Source: Cyanobacteria bacterium auto_48_18 (lineage in GTDB: Bacteria > Cyanobacteriota > Vampirovibrionia > Obscuribacterales > Obscuribacteraceae). Taken from it: 64,000 nucleotides of DNA. The stretch lies in assembly GCA_036170915.1 (NCBI GenBank), contig JAVHQC010000033.1, positions 64,001-128,000 of the forward strand, in the 5' to 3' direction. The notes beneath the pieces are model-generated. The model was given only the letters and a program-made list of their open reading frames with translations. It searched no databases and was not told the origin of the DNA. Positions 38,703 to 48,045 of this stretch are shown here, one piece after another. How positions within the stretch are numbered: position 1 is the stretch's first letter; each line of letters begins with the position of its first letter. The translations under genes and the position numbers were made by a program.

Positions 38703-39981
38703 TTACCGGCTCGAAGTCAAAAGTCAGCATGGCTTTACACAGCTCGAATTTACTCTCCAGTTCTTCGATACTTTGAGCTCCGATGTCAATGAGCCCGTAC
38801 CTGTAGCTATTTGCGTCTTGCACTTGTTCTGAAAGCTTTTGACCTGTTTTTGCATAGACTTGCACACGCGTATCTGGAAACGTTTGGATAACACTATCAA
38901 TTTGTTCTGCGGTTGGTGTTGCGTGCACATGCTGGTCTGTGAATATACGCAGCACACAACTCGCCGCTACTTTGTAGGCACCGCTTGCTTTTTTCGTTTG
39001 AGGCTTTTGATTAATGGCCACTTCCAGCAAAGTTTGATACGTGCTAAATCCGTCAACTTTTTCAAAAAGGTTGGGAAACTGCGAAGCTATTTTAGGATTG
39101 ACCTCAATGATATCGATTCGATCCGTCTCAGGATTGTAAAAGAGCTCCATATTAAAGAGTGCGTTGTTATATTTGATGCCACTGAAAAATTTGACGGCAA
39201 TTGCGTTCATCCTCTCTAGAACCGGCTCAGGGAGCAAGCTTGGGTATTGCCAGCGTTTAAATGACATCGTGCCGGAGAACATGATGGCATCAACCACGCC
39301 CATAACGCATACCTGGTCGTTAAATACGTATCCTTCAAGCGAAACTTGAGTGCCGCTGAGAAGCTCTTCTTGCAGTAGGCAGGTGGCATGCTGCGAGAGC
39401 GAAGTATAAGCTCTCACCATTTCGTTGAAAGGCTCTATAAACTGGTGAGGAAGAAGTGCTTGCTCACTAAATCTCCGCAAGCTGTCTGGATCATTTACCG
39501 TGTAGGCGTTTTTTGACATGCATGATTTCACCGGTTTCAAAAAACACGGAAAGGACAGTTCGCTTTTTAAAGTTTCGGGCTGTTCCGGGTCAATCAGGTG
39601 AAATTTTGGTGTTGCTTCAGGAGCATATTTTTGCTGGAAAATTCGCGAATAATATTTGTGTTCGCATAACATGATTGCTTGTGGGGGCGCACCTGGAAGC
39701 GAAAGTTTTTCGGCAATGACGGCCGCCGCCGACATTCCGGGATAACCTACAGCTGACGTTACACCAGCCAGGCCCGCATGCTGATACTTTTCTACGGTGC
39801 TTTCAATCAAGTCGACTATTTTTAGTACTGGCTTTGTGACGTCAGGATTTTCACCAAGAAAGTCATCAAAATAATCATCATCAAATACATCGAAAATGAT
39901 TTCGCAATTGAGCTTGTTGGCAATGGCAGGCAATTGGCTGCGTTCGCGTGATGTAGGGCTGAGTACGAGTACTTTTTTCAT
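38683..39981 (-). CDS. ATP-grasp ligase, L-amino-acid-ligase-like
   Basis: CEHKYYSR, FPCFLKPVKS, LLQEELLSG, FNMELF, IIEVNPK. Confidence 0.85.
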   Translation of the reverse strand: MKKVLVLSPTSRERSQLPAIANKLNCEIIFDVFDDDYFDDFLGENPDVTKPVLKIVDLIESTVEKYQHAGLAGVTSAVGYPGMSAAAVIAEKLSLPGAPPQAIMLCEHKYYSRIFQQKYAPEATPKFHLIDPEQPETLKSELSFPCFLKPVKSCMSKNAYTVNDPDSLRRFSEQALLPHQFIEPFNEMVRAYTSLSQHATCLLQEELLSGTQVSLEGYVFNDQVCVMGVVDAIMFSGTMSFKRWQYPSLLPEPVLERMNAIAVKFFSGIKYNNALFNMELFYNPETDRIDIIEVNPKIASQFPNLFEKVDGFSTYQTLLEVAINQKPQTKKASGAYKVAASCVLRIFTDQHVHATPTAEQIDSVIQTFPDTRVQVYAKTGQKLSEQVQDANSYRYGLIDIGAQSIEELESKFELCKAMLTFDFEPVNASYAR

Positions 39982-40940
39982 TTAGTCACGCTGTTTTCTT
40001 TGATGAGTCGATCAAAGTATCGCGCCAGTTCTCTGCCGAAAGCCTGGCCTTTATTTGAATAGTTGGCGTACATCGATGGATTAAGCAATTCAGCTTCTAA
40101 CAACATGGGCGAGCCTGCCACCTTTAGAATATCCACTCTGCTAAAGTGCACAGGGTAACCCATCGATTCGTATACTTTAAGAACGTTTTTCGCAAATGAA
40201 ATCTCTTGGTCCGTTGGCTCGTAGACTGCTACCGAGCCGCCGAGAGATTCGTTGCAACGAAACTCTTCTCCTGTTTGTTTTGGTTTCTTGATCACGGCGA
40301 GCTGAAATTCGTGTCCAAGAAATACTAAGCTGCGCTCGCCATCCCAGATTTCTGGCATGAATTGCTGTGCCATGAAAGCCTCTTCACGTCCTGCAATTGT
40401 TTGGAGATCGTTTTGAGTTTTGGCCAGAAAAATATGATTGCCTCGTTCTCCGCACAAAGGTTTAATGACAAATGCTTCGCCCTGTGCGAGCCGCTCTTTA
40501 ATGTCTGCAATTTTGAATGATGGAATTATGCGAACGTTGTTTTTCTCTAAATCCCACAAGTAGCTTTTATTCAAGTTGTGTTTGATAGTCTCAATTTTAT
40601 TCACAACATTTGTGTGTGCAAAGCTGCGCAGCATCTTATTAAAGCTGGAAAGGTCGTCATAAAATCCCTCCATCTTATAAACGAAAATCAGGTCGAATTT
40701 GTCCAGCGGTACAGGCTTTTCATAAGACTCGCTGTTAAAACAATACATGCGTTTAAATTCGGCGATTTCAGTGCTTATCGCTAAGTCGCGCCAATTAACA
40801 AAAAAGACGTTGTGGCCCAAGTCTTTAAGTGATTGGGCAAAGTGCAGAGAATCGTATTCATCAACACTAAACTTGAGGGCGAAAAGTTTGTCTGTGGACT
40901 TTTCCACATCTTCGGCCATAGTAAAGAGAATATTACTCAT
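39978..40940 (-). CDS. ATP-grasp ligase, RimK/GshB/DcsG-like
   Basis: NLNKSYL, FVIKPLCG, QQFMPEI..GERS, FRCNESLGG, SRVD, LLEAELLNP. Confidence 0.85.
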   Translation of the reverse strand: MSNILFTMAEDVEKSTDKLFALKFSVDEYDSLHFAQSLKDLGHNVFFVNWRDLAISTEIAEFKRMYCFNSESYEKPVPLDKFDLIFVYKMEGFYDDLSSFNKMLRSFAHTNVVNKIETIKHNLNKSYLWDLEKNNVRIIPSFKIADIKERLAQGEAFVIKPLCGERGNHIFLAKTQNDLQTIAGREEAFMAQQFMPEIWDGERSLVFLGHEFQLAVIKKPKQTGEEFRCNESLGGSVAVYEPTDQEISFAKNVLKVYESMGYPVHFSRVDILKVAGSPMLLEAELLNPSMYANYSNKGQAFGRELARYFDRLIKENSVTK

Positions 40941-40947
40941 GCTGCGT

Positions 40948-41688
40948 TTAGGCCGTAAGGCAGGCTTTTTGAGGTTCGTTCAAGCCGGCCTTGGCAAAAC
41001 TAATTGCAAACGAAGCCAGCACAGATAGAGGATCTATAACAGGTACGGTGAGGTCTCCGTCTTCCAAAACAAGCGATACTTCAGTGCAGCCGGCGACGAT
41101 ACACTGCGCACCGTTTCTTACCAGGTGAGAAGCGGCGCTTATGATGGCTTTGCGAGCAGAATCTTTCTTGCCGGCTTTGATTCCGTCTGCGCCAAAAATT
41201 GCAGTCATAATCTCTGACTGAATCACGTCATCGGGCGTCACTTGCTTTAACGCGAGTGAGCTGATCCATCGTTGGTATAACTCGCTTTCTAAGGTGGCAG
41301 TAGAGCCGATGATGCCAATTCTTTCAAGCTCTGGATAGGTTTGTTTGACAAATTCGACGGTGGTTTGCACCATATCAATTATTGGTATTGAGACCGCTTC
41401 TCTGAGTGGCTTGAGATAGTAGTGGGCCGTGTTGCAGGGCATTAGCAAAAAGTCGGCCCCGGCAGCTTCTAAAACGGTGGCAGTGCGAATTAGTTCTGGC
41501 AGCGCCGATGGACCATTCGCTGAAATTGCGTCAACGCGGTTTGGAATAGCGGAATTATTGAAGGTAATAACGGGAATGTGCTGCTGATCGCAGGACGCTG
41601 GCGTCAAATCTGTGATTAACTCGCAGAGGCGATTGGTGGCATGAGGACCCATGCCTCCGATAATTCCGATTGTTTTGTATCTCGGCAT
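40948..41688 (-). CDS. PLP-independent aspartate/glutamate-family amino acid racemase
   Basis: IGIIGGMGP; both catalytic Cys motifs intact (PCNTAH and AGCTEV). Confidence 0.92.
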   Translation of the reverse strand: MPRYKTIGIIGGMGPHATNRLCELITDLTPASCDQQHIPVITFNNSAIPNRVDAISANGPSALPELIRTATVLEAAGADFLLMPCNTAHYYLKPLREAVSIPIIDMVQTTVEFVKQTYPELERIGIIGSTATLESELYQRWISSLALKQVTPDDVIQSEIMTAIFGADGIKAGKKDSARKAIISAASHLVRNGAQCIVAGCTEVSLVLEDGDLTVPVIDPLSVLASFAISFAKAGLNEPQKACLTA

Positions 41689-41770
41689 CTCTTACCACTC
41701 TAGACTTTGGTAAGTTTATGGCAAAAGTAACCCCTTCGATATATCAATTTGTTAATTAAATACTGCCGAG

Positions 41771-42526
41771 CTAGGACGGTGGCTGTATAGGTTCGAAAGT
41801 GTGACCCAGCTCTTTACTGCGCTTGATAATTTCGCGAGTAGCATTGATGGTTTGCTGGGCCGTGCTTTGCCCTTCGTGCAGCACCACCAGCTCGTTGCCC
41901 GGGATGGCGTGCATGATGCGTTTAACTACGGCGGCCTCACCAATGGCGCGGTAGTCGTCTGCCATGGCTCCCCAGTAAACCGCCGACATCTGGCGCTCTT
42001 TGAGAATGGCAGCGGCGCGTTTATCCATTAAGCCGAAGGGTGGGCGAAAGAGTGCGGCGCTCGAGGCTGTAATTTCCATGATCAAATTATTGGTGACATC
42101 AATCTGTTTCTCAATGGCCCGAGTGCTTAAGGCCGGCAAGAACATATGATCAAGCGAATGATTGGCAATGGTGTGTCCGGCCTTGTGCACTGCTTGCACA
42201 AGCTCAGGGTAACGTCTTACATTGTCGCCAATAAAAAAGAACGTGCCTTTAACGTTCTCTTCAGATAGCACTACCAGTAGTTCTAGTGTGGTGGCAGGGT
42301 TAGGCCCGTCATCAAATGTTAAATTGATTTGGCGGCTTGTGGCAATGCGTCGCGCCGCCTGGTTCTTTGACCAATATCCGGCTGGTAAAATTGGTTTTGC
42401 CAGTGAAGTAAGCAAGTTCATGTTGAGATTGTGCAGTTTATTCTGAAAATCTTCTTTTGCAACCTGACGCTTCTCACTGACTTCATTTTCGTCTTTGTCT
42501 GAGTCGTCAGGCATGACTTGCCTCAC
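41771..42526 (-). CDS. Polysaccharide deacetylase (CE4)
   Basis: LTFDDGP, NHSLDH, FRPPFG, VVLHE. Confidence 0.9.
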   Translation of the reverse strand: MRQVMPDDSDKDENEVSEKRQVAKEDFQNKLHNLNMNLLTSLAKPILPAGYWSKNQAARRIATSRQINLTFDDGPNPATTLELLVVLSEENVKGTFFFIGDNVRRYPELVQAVHKAGHTIANHSLDHMFLPALSTRAIEKQIDVTNNLIMEITASSAALFRPPFGLMDKRAAAILKERQMSAVYWGAMADDYRAIGEAAVVKRIMHAIPGNELVVLHEGQSTAQQTINATREIIKRSKELGHTFEPIQPPS

Positions 42527-43346
42527 TCAGGTCTTCAGGTTGCGACAATTTGGTGGCATTTTGAATTAGTGTGTGAATCGCCCGACGCGCCCGCTCGCCT
42601 ACTTCGGCTGAGCGTCTCTGAGCGATTGATTCGATGGCGCTGGCAAAGGCGTAAAATCTTTCAATTGATAAGTGCGTTGCTTTCGGATGCGGTAAGAGGC
42701 TGCGCAAATAGCCGCGCAAATTGTTTGATTCTTTTTCTGTCAGTGGGTCCAAAATAGCAAGCAAGGGCTTGAGCATTTTTATGGAAATGAGCGGCCGTTG
42801 ATAAGCAAATACTCCGCGGGAAAGGGCGCGGTGTATTAAGCGACAATGGGGCAGCGGTGCCTTTTTATCGCGTCCAGCTTCAGGAATTTTAGAGAGCTCC
42901 GGTTGCCACTGATCGAAGTCGTGCAAGACATGTAAAACCGATGGCGAGGTTTGACCATATGAGCTATTTATGGGCAGCAAGCCATAGATAAAAGGTCTTG
43001 ATTCGCATCTGTCTACGTCTTTAGATACGTTCAGCAAAACTGAAGCGATGTTACTCGAGCGAACGATAATTGCCTGCTCGTTTACCTGATTAATGCGTCC
43101 GGGGGCGAAAGCGACTTCTTTGACGGCAAATTCTTGGCAGAGCAACATGTCGAGCACATTGTCGCCTACAAGAGCGCCAAACTCTGCGGTGGTGATATTG
43201 CCGGCGACAAAATAGATAGTGACGTCCGGAATCTGGCGGCCAAATCTAACTGAGAGTACTCCGGTGACCCGCTCAAGGCTGAGAAATTGCATCACATTAA
43301 AGAGAGTGCCTTCTCTAACAGATGTTATATGAAAGCTAATGCCCAA
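42507..43346 (-). CDS. DUF4388/PATAN-like domain protein
   Basis: LFNVMQFLSLERVTGVL...IYFVAGNITTAE. Confidence 0.65.
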   Translation of the reverse strand: MGISFHITSVREGTLFNVMQFLSLERVTGVLSVRFGRQIPDVTIYFVAGNITTAEFGALVGDNVLDMLLCQEFAVKEVAFAPGRINQVNEQAIIVRSSNIASVLLNVSKDVDRCESRPFIYGLLPINSSYGQTSPSVLHVLHDFDQWQPELSKIPEAGRDKKAPLPHCRLIHRALSRGVFAYQRPLISIKMLKPLLAILDPLTEKESNNLRGYLRSLLPHPKATHLSIERFYAFASAIESIAQRRSAEVGERARRAIHTLIQNATKLSQPEDLSEASHA

Positions 43347-43410
43347 ATAGACCGCCTCAAGATGCCCCGCCCATAAATAGATTATATGGCAGACAAGAAA
43401 GCCTGGCTAC

Positions 43411-44001
43411 TCATTGCGTCTCAAAAAACTCGCCAAGCTGGCTCTTCTCAGTAAATTTGGCAGCGCGACACCAGTCAAGCAAAACCAGATCATGCTTCTT
43501 GAGAAAACCCGCAAGAACAGGGCTTGCTTTTTCGGCGTCCATCCCGCCATAAGGCACGATACCAATACTGGTGGCATTACCTTGCTCGGCCTGACCGTAG
43601 ACAATCAGGCCACCAGCACCTTTAAAGGCATAGCCGTCTTTGACCACACCAGCTACCTTGCCACCATTGATAAAATATGTGATGCCACTATAAGATGTTT
43701 GGTGGCCGAGTTCGGTTTGTATTTGCGCCACAGAAAGGCTTTTACTTGGCAATGTGATAATAGGCGCTCTTCGATGCATGGCGGTGAAACTACAAGTAGC
43801 TGTTCTTTTGTGCTCGTAAATCTCTCTGATGCCTTTCAGTTCTTTGGCAATCGCTGTAGACATGGTCAGTGAAATCATCTCAACTTGACGCCAGTCGTCT
43901 TCATGCATTTCCAGTTCCAGCGAAGATGCGCTGACACTGGCGGTTTTGTCCAGCTCACCGAGATCGCTGCATAAAGTTGGTATGGAATAGAGAATGTCCA
44001 C
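43411..44001 (-). CDS. Hypothetical protein
   Basis: AGGAG before the GTG start, 14 nt after murE; ILYSIPT...HEDDWRQ motif. Confidence 0.65.
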   Translation of the reverse strand: MDILYSIPTLCSDLGELDKTASVSASSLELEMHEDDWRQVEMISLTMSTAIAKELKGIREIYEHKRTATCSFTAMHRRAPIITLPSKSLSVAQIQTELGHQTSYSGITYFINGGKVAGVVKDGYAFKGAGGLIVYGQAEQGNATSIGIVPYGGMDAEKASPVLAGFLKKHDLVLLDWCRAAKFTEKSQLGEFFETQ

Positions 44002-44015
44002 GGCTCTGACTCCTG

Positions 44016-45620
44016 CTATTTGCTTGTCAGAGTACCAAAGCGTTTTTCCAGAGCCTTGGCCACTTCGATGCGATCATCAAAATCAATAGTGCGGTCCCCT
44101 AAAATTTGATAGGTCTCATGGCCTTTGCCGGCCACAACAACAACGTCTTTGATATTGGCCGAAAGCACTGCGGCTTCAATCGCTTTAGCTCGGTCGGCTT
44201 CTACTGTCACGCCTCTGAGGCGCTTGATGCCAGTGAGTATGTCGGCGATGATTTGCTGCGGATCTTCTGAGCGGGGATTGTCTGAAGTAACTATCAGTTC
44301 GTCGGCTAGATTCTCAGCTATTTCTCCCATTTGAGGGCGCTTGGAGGCGTCGCGATCGCCGCCGCAGCCAAAGATAGCGATTAATTTGCCGTCTTCGGGA
44401 ACCAGTGCTCGTGCAGCTTTGAGGATATTCTCCAGGCCGTCTGGTGTGTGTGCATAGTCGACGATGCAGAGAGGTGGGCGGTTGGTAGTGGCCAGGTGAG
44501 CCGGCAATGAAACAACTTCGAAGCGACCAGAAACTCCAGCAAAATCAGTCAGGGCCTCGGCAATGGCTTCTTTTTCTACACCCTCACCCATACATACAGC
44601 CATGGCAGCCATAATATTGTAGAGATTGAAGCGGCCGGTAAGTTTGGTGGAAAATGAAATGACACCACTGGGAGTGGCAAGCGTAAGCTTCATGCCCGAG
44701 AAATCAAAGTTTCCTTTCTTGACGTGAATCGATGCTTTTTCGCTGTAACCGTAAGTGATTAGATTGATATCTTTGGCTGTAGCCTTGATGAATTCAGGGG
44801 CCAATTCATCGTCTAAGTTAATAACAGCTGTGCGCGGATGTACTGCACTTTTACCGAGCATTTCAAATAGCTGGCGTTTTGATTGCCAGTAGTGCTCCAT
44901 GGTTTTGTGAAAATCGAGGTGGTCTTGAGTGATGTTGCTCAAGCAGGCAGCGGCAAAATTGCAGCCATAAACACGCTTAAGGGAAAGCGCATGACTTGAT
45001 ACTTCCATGGCGATTTTTTTCACGCCGCGATTGGCCATGGTGAAGAGTAAGGCCTGCAGATCGGAAGCCTGTGGGGTGGTGTGTTTTACATCTAAATATT
45101 CACTTTCGCCTTGATATTTTCCATCAACAAATGATGGAATGCGAGCCCCGAGGGTACCCACCAGGCCGGTTGGTTGGCCGTTGGCATTGAGAATTTGTTC
45201 GATCAAGTGAGTAGTTGTGGTTTTGCCATTTGTGCCGGTTACTCCGAGCAAACGTAATTTTTTGCTTGGCTGATCGTATAAATCGGCTGATACTGCGGCG
45301 ATTGCTGCGCGAGCGTCGTTGACCACAACCAGCGGCACCGAATATGGGCCGCTTTCTTTTTCGGAGAAAACAACACTGGCGCCTTTAGCCACAGCATCGT
45401 TGATAAATTTATTGCCGTCTGTTGTGAAGCCTTCAATAGAAAAGAAAGCGTTGCCAGGCTCAACATGACGTGAGTCGTAAGCAATGCCTGTAACATTGAC
45501 ATCACTAGATGCCTGAGCCGGCACCTCTCTAGCTGCAAGAGCCGCCCCGTGATCACGGCGCAGCTCTGACAATAGTTGCTTTAATGCTTTTTGAGCAGGT
45601 GGATCAAACTGGGTAGACAC
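44016..45620 (-). CDS. murE: UDP-MurNAc-L-Ala-D-Glu:meso-DAP ligase
   Basis: [42 protein letters not shown] (DAP-type), AGKGHE; start approximate. Confidence 0.96.
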   Translation of the reverse strand: MSTQFDPPAQKALKQLLSELRRDHGAALAAREVPAQASSDVNVTGIAYDSRHVEPGNAFFSIEGFTTDGNKFINDAVAKGASVVFSEKESGPYSVPLVVVNDARAAIAAVSADLYDQPSKKLRLLGVTGTNGKTTTTHLIEQILNANGQPTGLVGTLGARIPSFVDGKYQGESEYLDVKHTTPQASDLQALLFTMANRGVKKIAMEVSSHALSLKRVYGCNFAAACLSNITQDHLDFHKTMEHYWQSKRQLFEMLGKSAVHPRTAVINLDDELAPEFIKATAKDINLITYGYSEKASIHVKKGNFDFSGMKLTLATPSGVISFSTKLTGRFNLYNIMAAMAVCMGEGVEKEAIAEALTDFAGVSGRFEVVSLPAHLATTNRPPLCIVDYAHTPDGLENILKAARALVPEDGKLIAIFGCGGDRDASKRPQMGEIAENLADELIVTSDNPRSEDPQQIIADILTGIKRLRGVTVEADRAKAIEAAVLSANIKDVVVVAGKGHETYQILGDRTIDFDDRIEVAKALEKRFGTLTSK

Positions 45621-45855
45621 TTACCAATTTGCGTCCTCTGGATTCTTCGTAACGAACAATTCCTTCCATGATGGAAAAGAGGGTGTCATCAGATCCGCGC
45701 AACACATTTTTTCCGGGATGGATTTTAGTGCCGCGCTGTCTTACCAGAATATTGCCGGAAGCGACTGCTTCGCCGCCGTAGACTTTTACGCCAAGGCGCT
45801 TCGGTTGGCTGTCTCTGCCGTTTCTTGTAGAGCCCGCGCCCTTCTTATGTGCCAT
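45604..45855 (-). CDS. rpmA: 50S ribosomal protein bL27
   Basis: [16 protein letters not shown]...RLGVK...ILVRQRGT. Confidence 0.98.
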   Translation of the reverse strand: MAHKKGAGSTRNGRDSQPKRLGVKVYGGEAVASGNILVRQRGTKIHPGKNVLRGSDDTLFSIMEGIVRYEESRGRKLVSVYPV

Positions 45856-45861
45856 TGACGG

Positions 45862-46353
45862 TTACTCCTTTGAAGCTTTCTCAGGTGAAGCTTTTACTGT
45901 TGAAGCTTTTTCTGCTGCTGGTTTCTCAGCTTTAGCTTTAGTGGCCTTTTCAGGTGCTTTCTCAGCAGCAGATTTGCTTTCGGCTTTAGCTACAACTTTG
46001 TTGTCGAGCTCGATGGAATCAATCATCACGCGAGTGGACTGCACTCTATGACCTTGCTTCTTACGTGTGCCCTTTTTAGATTTCATGTGATAGACAATCA
46101 CTTTGGTCGCCTTAATGGTCGACTGAATGCGGCCGTGCACTTCGTTCACTTCCAATTTGGAAATGACTTTGCCTGTCACTTTTGCGCCTTGCACATAAGG
46201 AGCGCCGATAGTGGAGTTGGCTCCATCGACCAGCATCACCACGCGGTCAAAGACGTGAGTTGTCCCTTCTTCTTCGCCGGACATGTCGATATCAATGTAC
46301 CGACCAGCGTGTAATTCATATTGCCTTCCGCAGGCTTCAACAATCGCGAACAT
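45862..46353 (-). CDS. rplU: 50S ribosomal protein bL21 with Ala/Lys/Glu-rich tail
   Basis: MFAIVEACGRQY, IGAPYVQGAKV, RKKQGHR; directly upstream of rpmA. Confidence 0.95.
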   Translation of the reverse strand: MFAIVEACGRQYELHAGRYIDIDMSGEEEGTTHVFDRVVMLVDGANSTIGAPYVQGAKVTGKVISKLEVNEVHGRIQSTIKATKVIVYHMKSKKGTRKKQGHRVQSTRVMIDSIELDNKVVAKAESKSAAEKAPEKATKAKAEKPAAEKASTVKASPEKASKE

Positions 46354-46562
46354 TTTCGTCTCCAGCTATTGAACTCAGGCGAGTCTTTTTCCGTCTATAT
46401 AGACGACTGCTTACGGCTCTCGAAACGGAGAACCTCTTGCTTGGACACAAGCCAAGTCGGAATAGTACCAAAAGCTGGCATGGCGGTCAAACTTAGTTGT
46501 CTTAAATAGACGCTAAATGGCAATAATCGGTAAACTTTATAGACCTTTATAAGGAGTGGAGC

Positions 46563-46748
46563 ATGTCTGACGCAGTGAACGAAGCCGAGCTGGGGCGTAG
46601 TAAATACAGCAATACTCCGAAAGAGCATCTCTATCACTTGCTTACTATCGGCTGGGAGCCTAATAGTCCTCTCATAATCAAATATGTTGTTGAAAATGCT
46701 TTGCAAAAAGACTTGAATGACTGGCTGGCGCTCAATAAAATCAAATAA
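46563..46748 (+). CDS. Small hypothetical protein (61 aa)
   Basis: Strong AAGGAG/GGAG RBS; fills the gap between rplU and ahpC. Confidence 0.6.
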   Translation: MSDAVNEAELGRSKYSNTPKEHLYHLLTIGWEPNSPLIIKYVVENALQKDLNDWLALNKIK

Positions 46749-46871
46749 TCGACCTCTGTGGCTTTGTCGCCAAATTGTGAGCTTTCCATTAAACATATAA
46801 AGGATTTAAGAAGCGCCCCCTAATATGGTGTGACTGAATACTACACAAAGTTTTTTTGGAGAATTATCTCT

Positions 46872-47411
46872 ATGTTGCAAGTTGGAAAAAGAGCTCCTGA
46901 CTTTGATATGCCCTCTACCAAGGATCTGAAGACCTTGAAAGAGAACGTCAAATTGTCAGATTACAAAGGTAAATGGCTCGTTCTTTTCTTTTATCCATTA
47001 GATTTCACTTTCGTTTGCCCTACCGAACTTAAGGCTTTCTCGGATAAATATGATGAAGTGAAAAAAGCCGGCGCTGAAGTTCTCGCTATCTCAACAGACA
47101 GCGTTTTCAGCCACAGAGCCTGGATTAATACTCCAGATGCTCAAGGCGGACTCGGTCCAGTTAAATATGTACTCGCTTCTGACATCACCAAAGATGTAAG
47201 CCGCGACTACGGCGTATTGATCGAAGATAAAGGCATCGCTCTGCGCGGCCTGTTCATCATCGACCAAGACGGCGTTCTTCAATATCAAGTCGTACACGGC
47301 TTGAATATTGGTCGTTCAGTTGACGAAACCCTTCGCGTTCTTGAAGCTCTCAAGACCGGCGGACTTTGCGCAGCTGATTGGAAGCCAGGCCAAAAGCCTC
47401 TTTCAGTTTAA
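46872..47411 (+). CDS. ahpC: Typical 2-Cys peroxiredoxin
   Basis: FFYPLDFTFVCPTE and resolving Cys in GLCAADW; start ATG 46872 after GGAG. Confidence 0.93.
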   Translation: MLQVGKRAPDFDMPSTKDLKTLKENVKLSDYKGKWLVLFFYPLDFTFVCPTELKAFSDKYDEVKKAGAEVLAISTDSVFSHRAWINTPDAQGGLGPVKYVLASDITKDVSRDYGVLIEDKGIALRGLFIIDQDGVLQYQVVHGLNIGRSVDETLRVLEALKTGGLCAADWKPGQKPLSV

Positions 47412-47460
47412 TTGACGCCTAATTTGCGCATTTAAAACGAAGCGAATAAATATCAAACAA

Positions 47461-47494
47461 AAGGGCCGCCTATTTGGGCGGCTCTTCTGTTTTT
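47461..47494 (+). terminator. Intrinsic terminator after the peroxiredoxin
   Basis: AAGGGCCGCCT-attt-GGGCGGCTCTT followed by CTGTTTTT. Confidence 0.7.
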
Positions 47495-47555
47495 CGCAGT
47501 AATTTGTTGCTCGTAAGCGTTAGAATTACTAAGACGAATAAATCAGGAGGACCCT

Positions 47556-48017
47556 ATGCCACTTCGAATGGATGCTCCCTTACCATCACTGGATGGCGGG
47601 ACAGACTGGTTCAACAGTGAACCGATAACGCTTGAAGATCTCAAAGGCCAGCCAGTTTTAATTCACTATTGGGCCATAAGTTGTGGAATTTGCAAAGAGT
47701 CTCTGCCTGACATCAATCGCTGGATTGATGAGTACGGTCCAAAGGGATTGAAAATTATTTCAGTGCACATGCCGCGTCAAGAGTCAGACACTAATGTGCC
47801 AGAAGTTAAAAAAGCAATTGATGAGTATGAAGTGAGACAACCATGTGTTGTTGATAACTGGCATGCCATCACTGATCGCTTTGAAAATAAATATGTGCCG
47901 GCTTTTTATCTTTTTGATTCAGAGCACAAAATGCGACATTTCCAGGCCGGGGAAAAAGCGGTCAAAATGACAGAGCCAGTCATTCAGCGCGTTCTAGGCA
48001 TCACCCAAACCGTCTAA
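47556..48017 (+). CDS. TlpA/YkuV-like thiol-disulfide oxidoreductase
   Basis: HYWAISCGICK, SVHMPR, FENKYVPAFY. Confidence 0.85.
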   Translation: MPLRMDAPLPSLDGGTDWFNSEPITLEDLKGQPVLIHYWAISCGICKESLPDINRWIDEYGPKGLKIISVHMPRQESDTNVPEVKKAIDEYEVRQPCVVDNWHAITDRFENKYVPAFYLFDSEHKMRHFQAGEKAVKMTEPVIQRVLGITQTV

Positions 48018-48045
48018 ACAGACAAACTTACTTTTCAATTTATAG

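Noticed and set aside
37728..41688. Graspetide (RiPP) cluster or canonical gshB/ddl/cyanophycin genes
   Set aside because: No precursor ORF adjoins the ligases, a racemase implies free amino acid substrates, and lengths and motifs do not fit Ddl or cyanophycin synthetase
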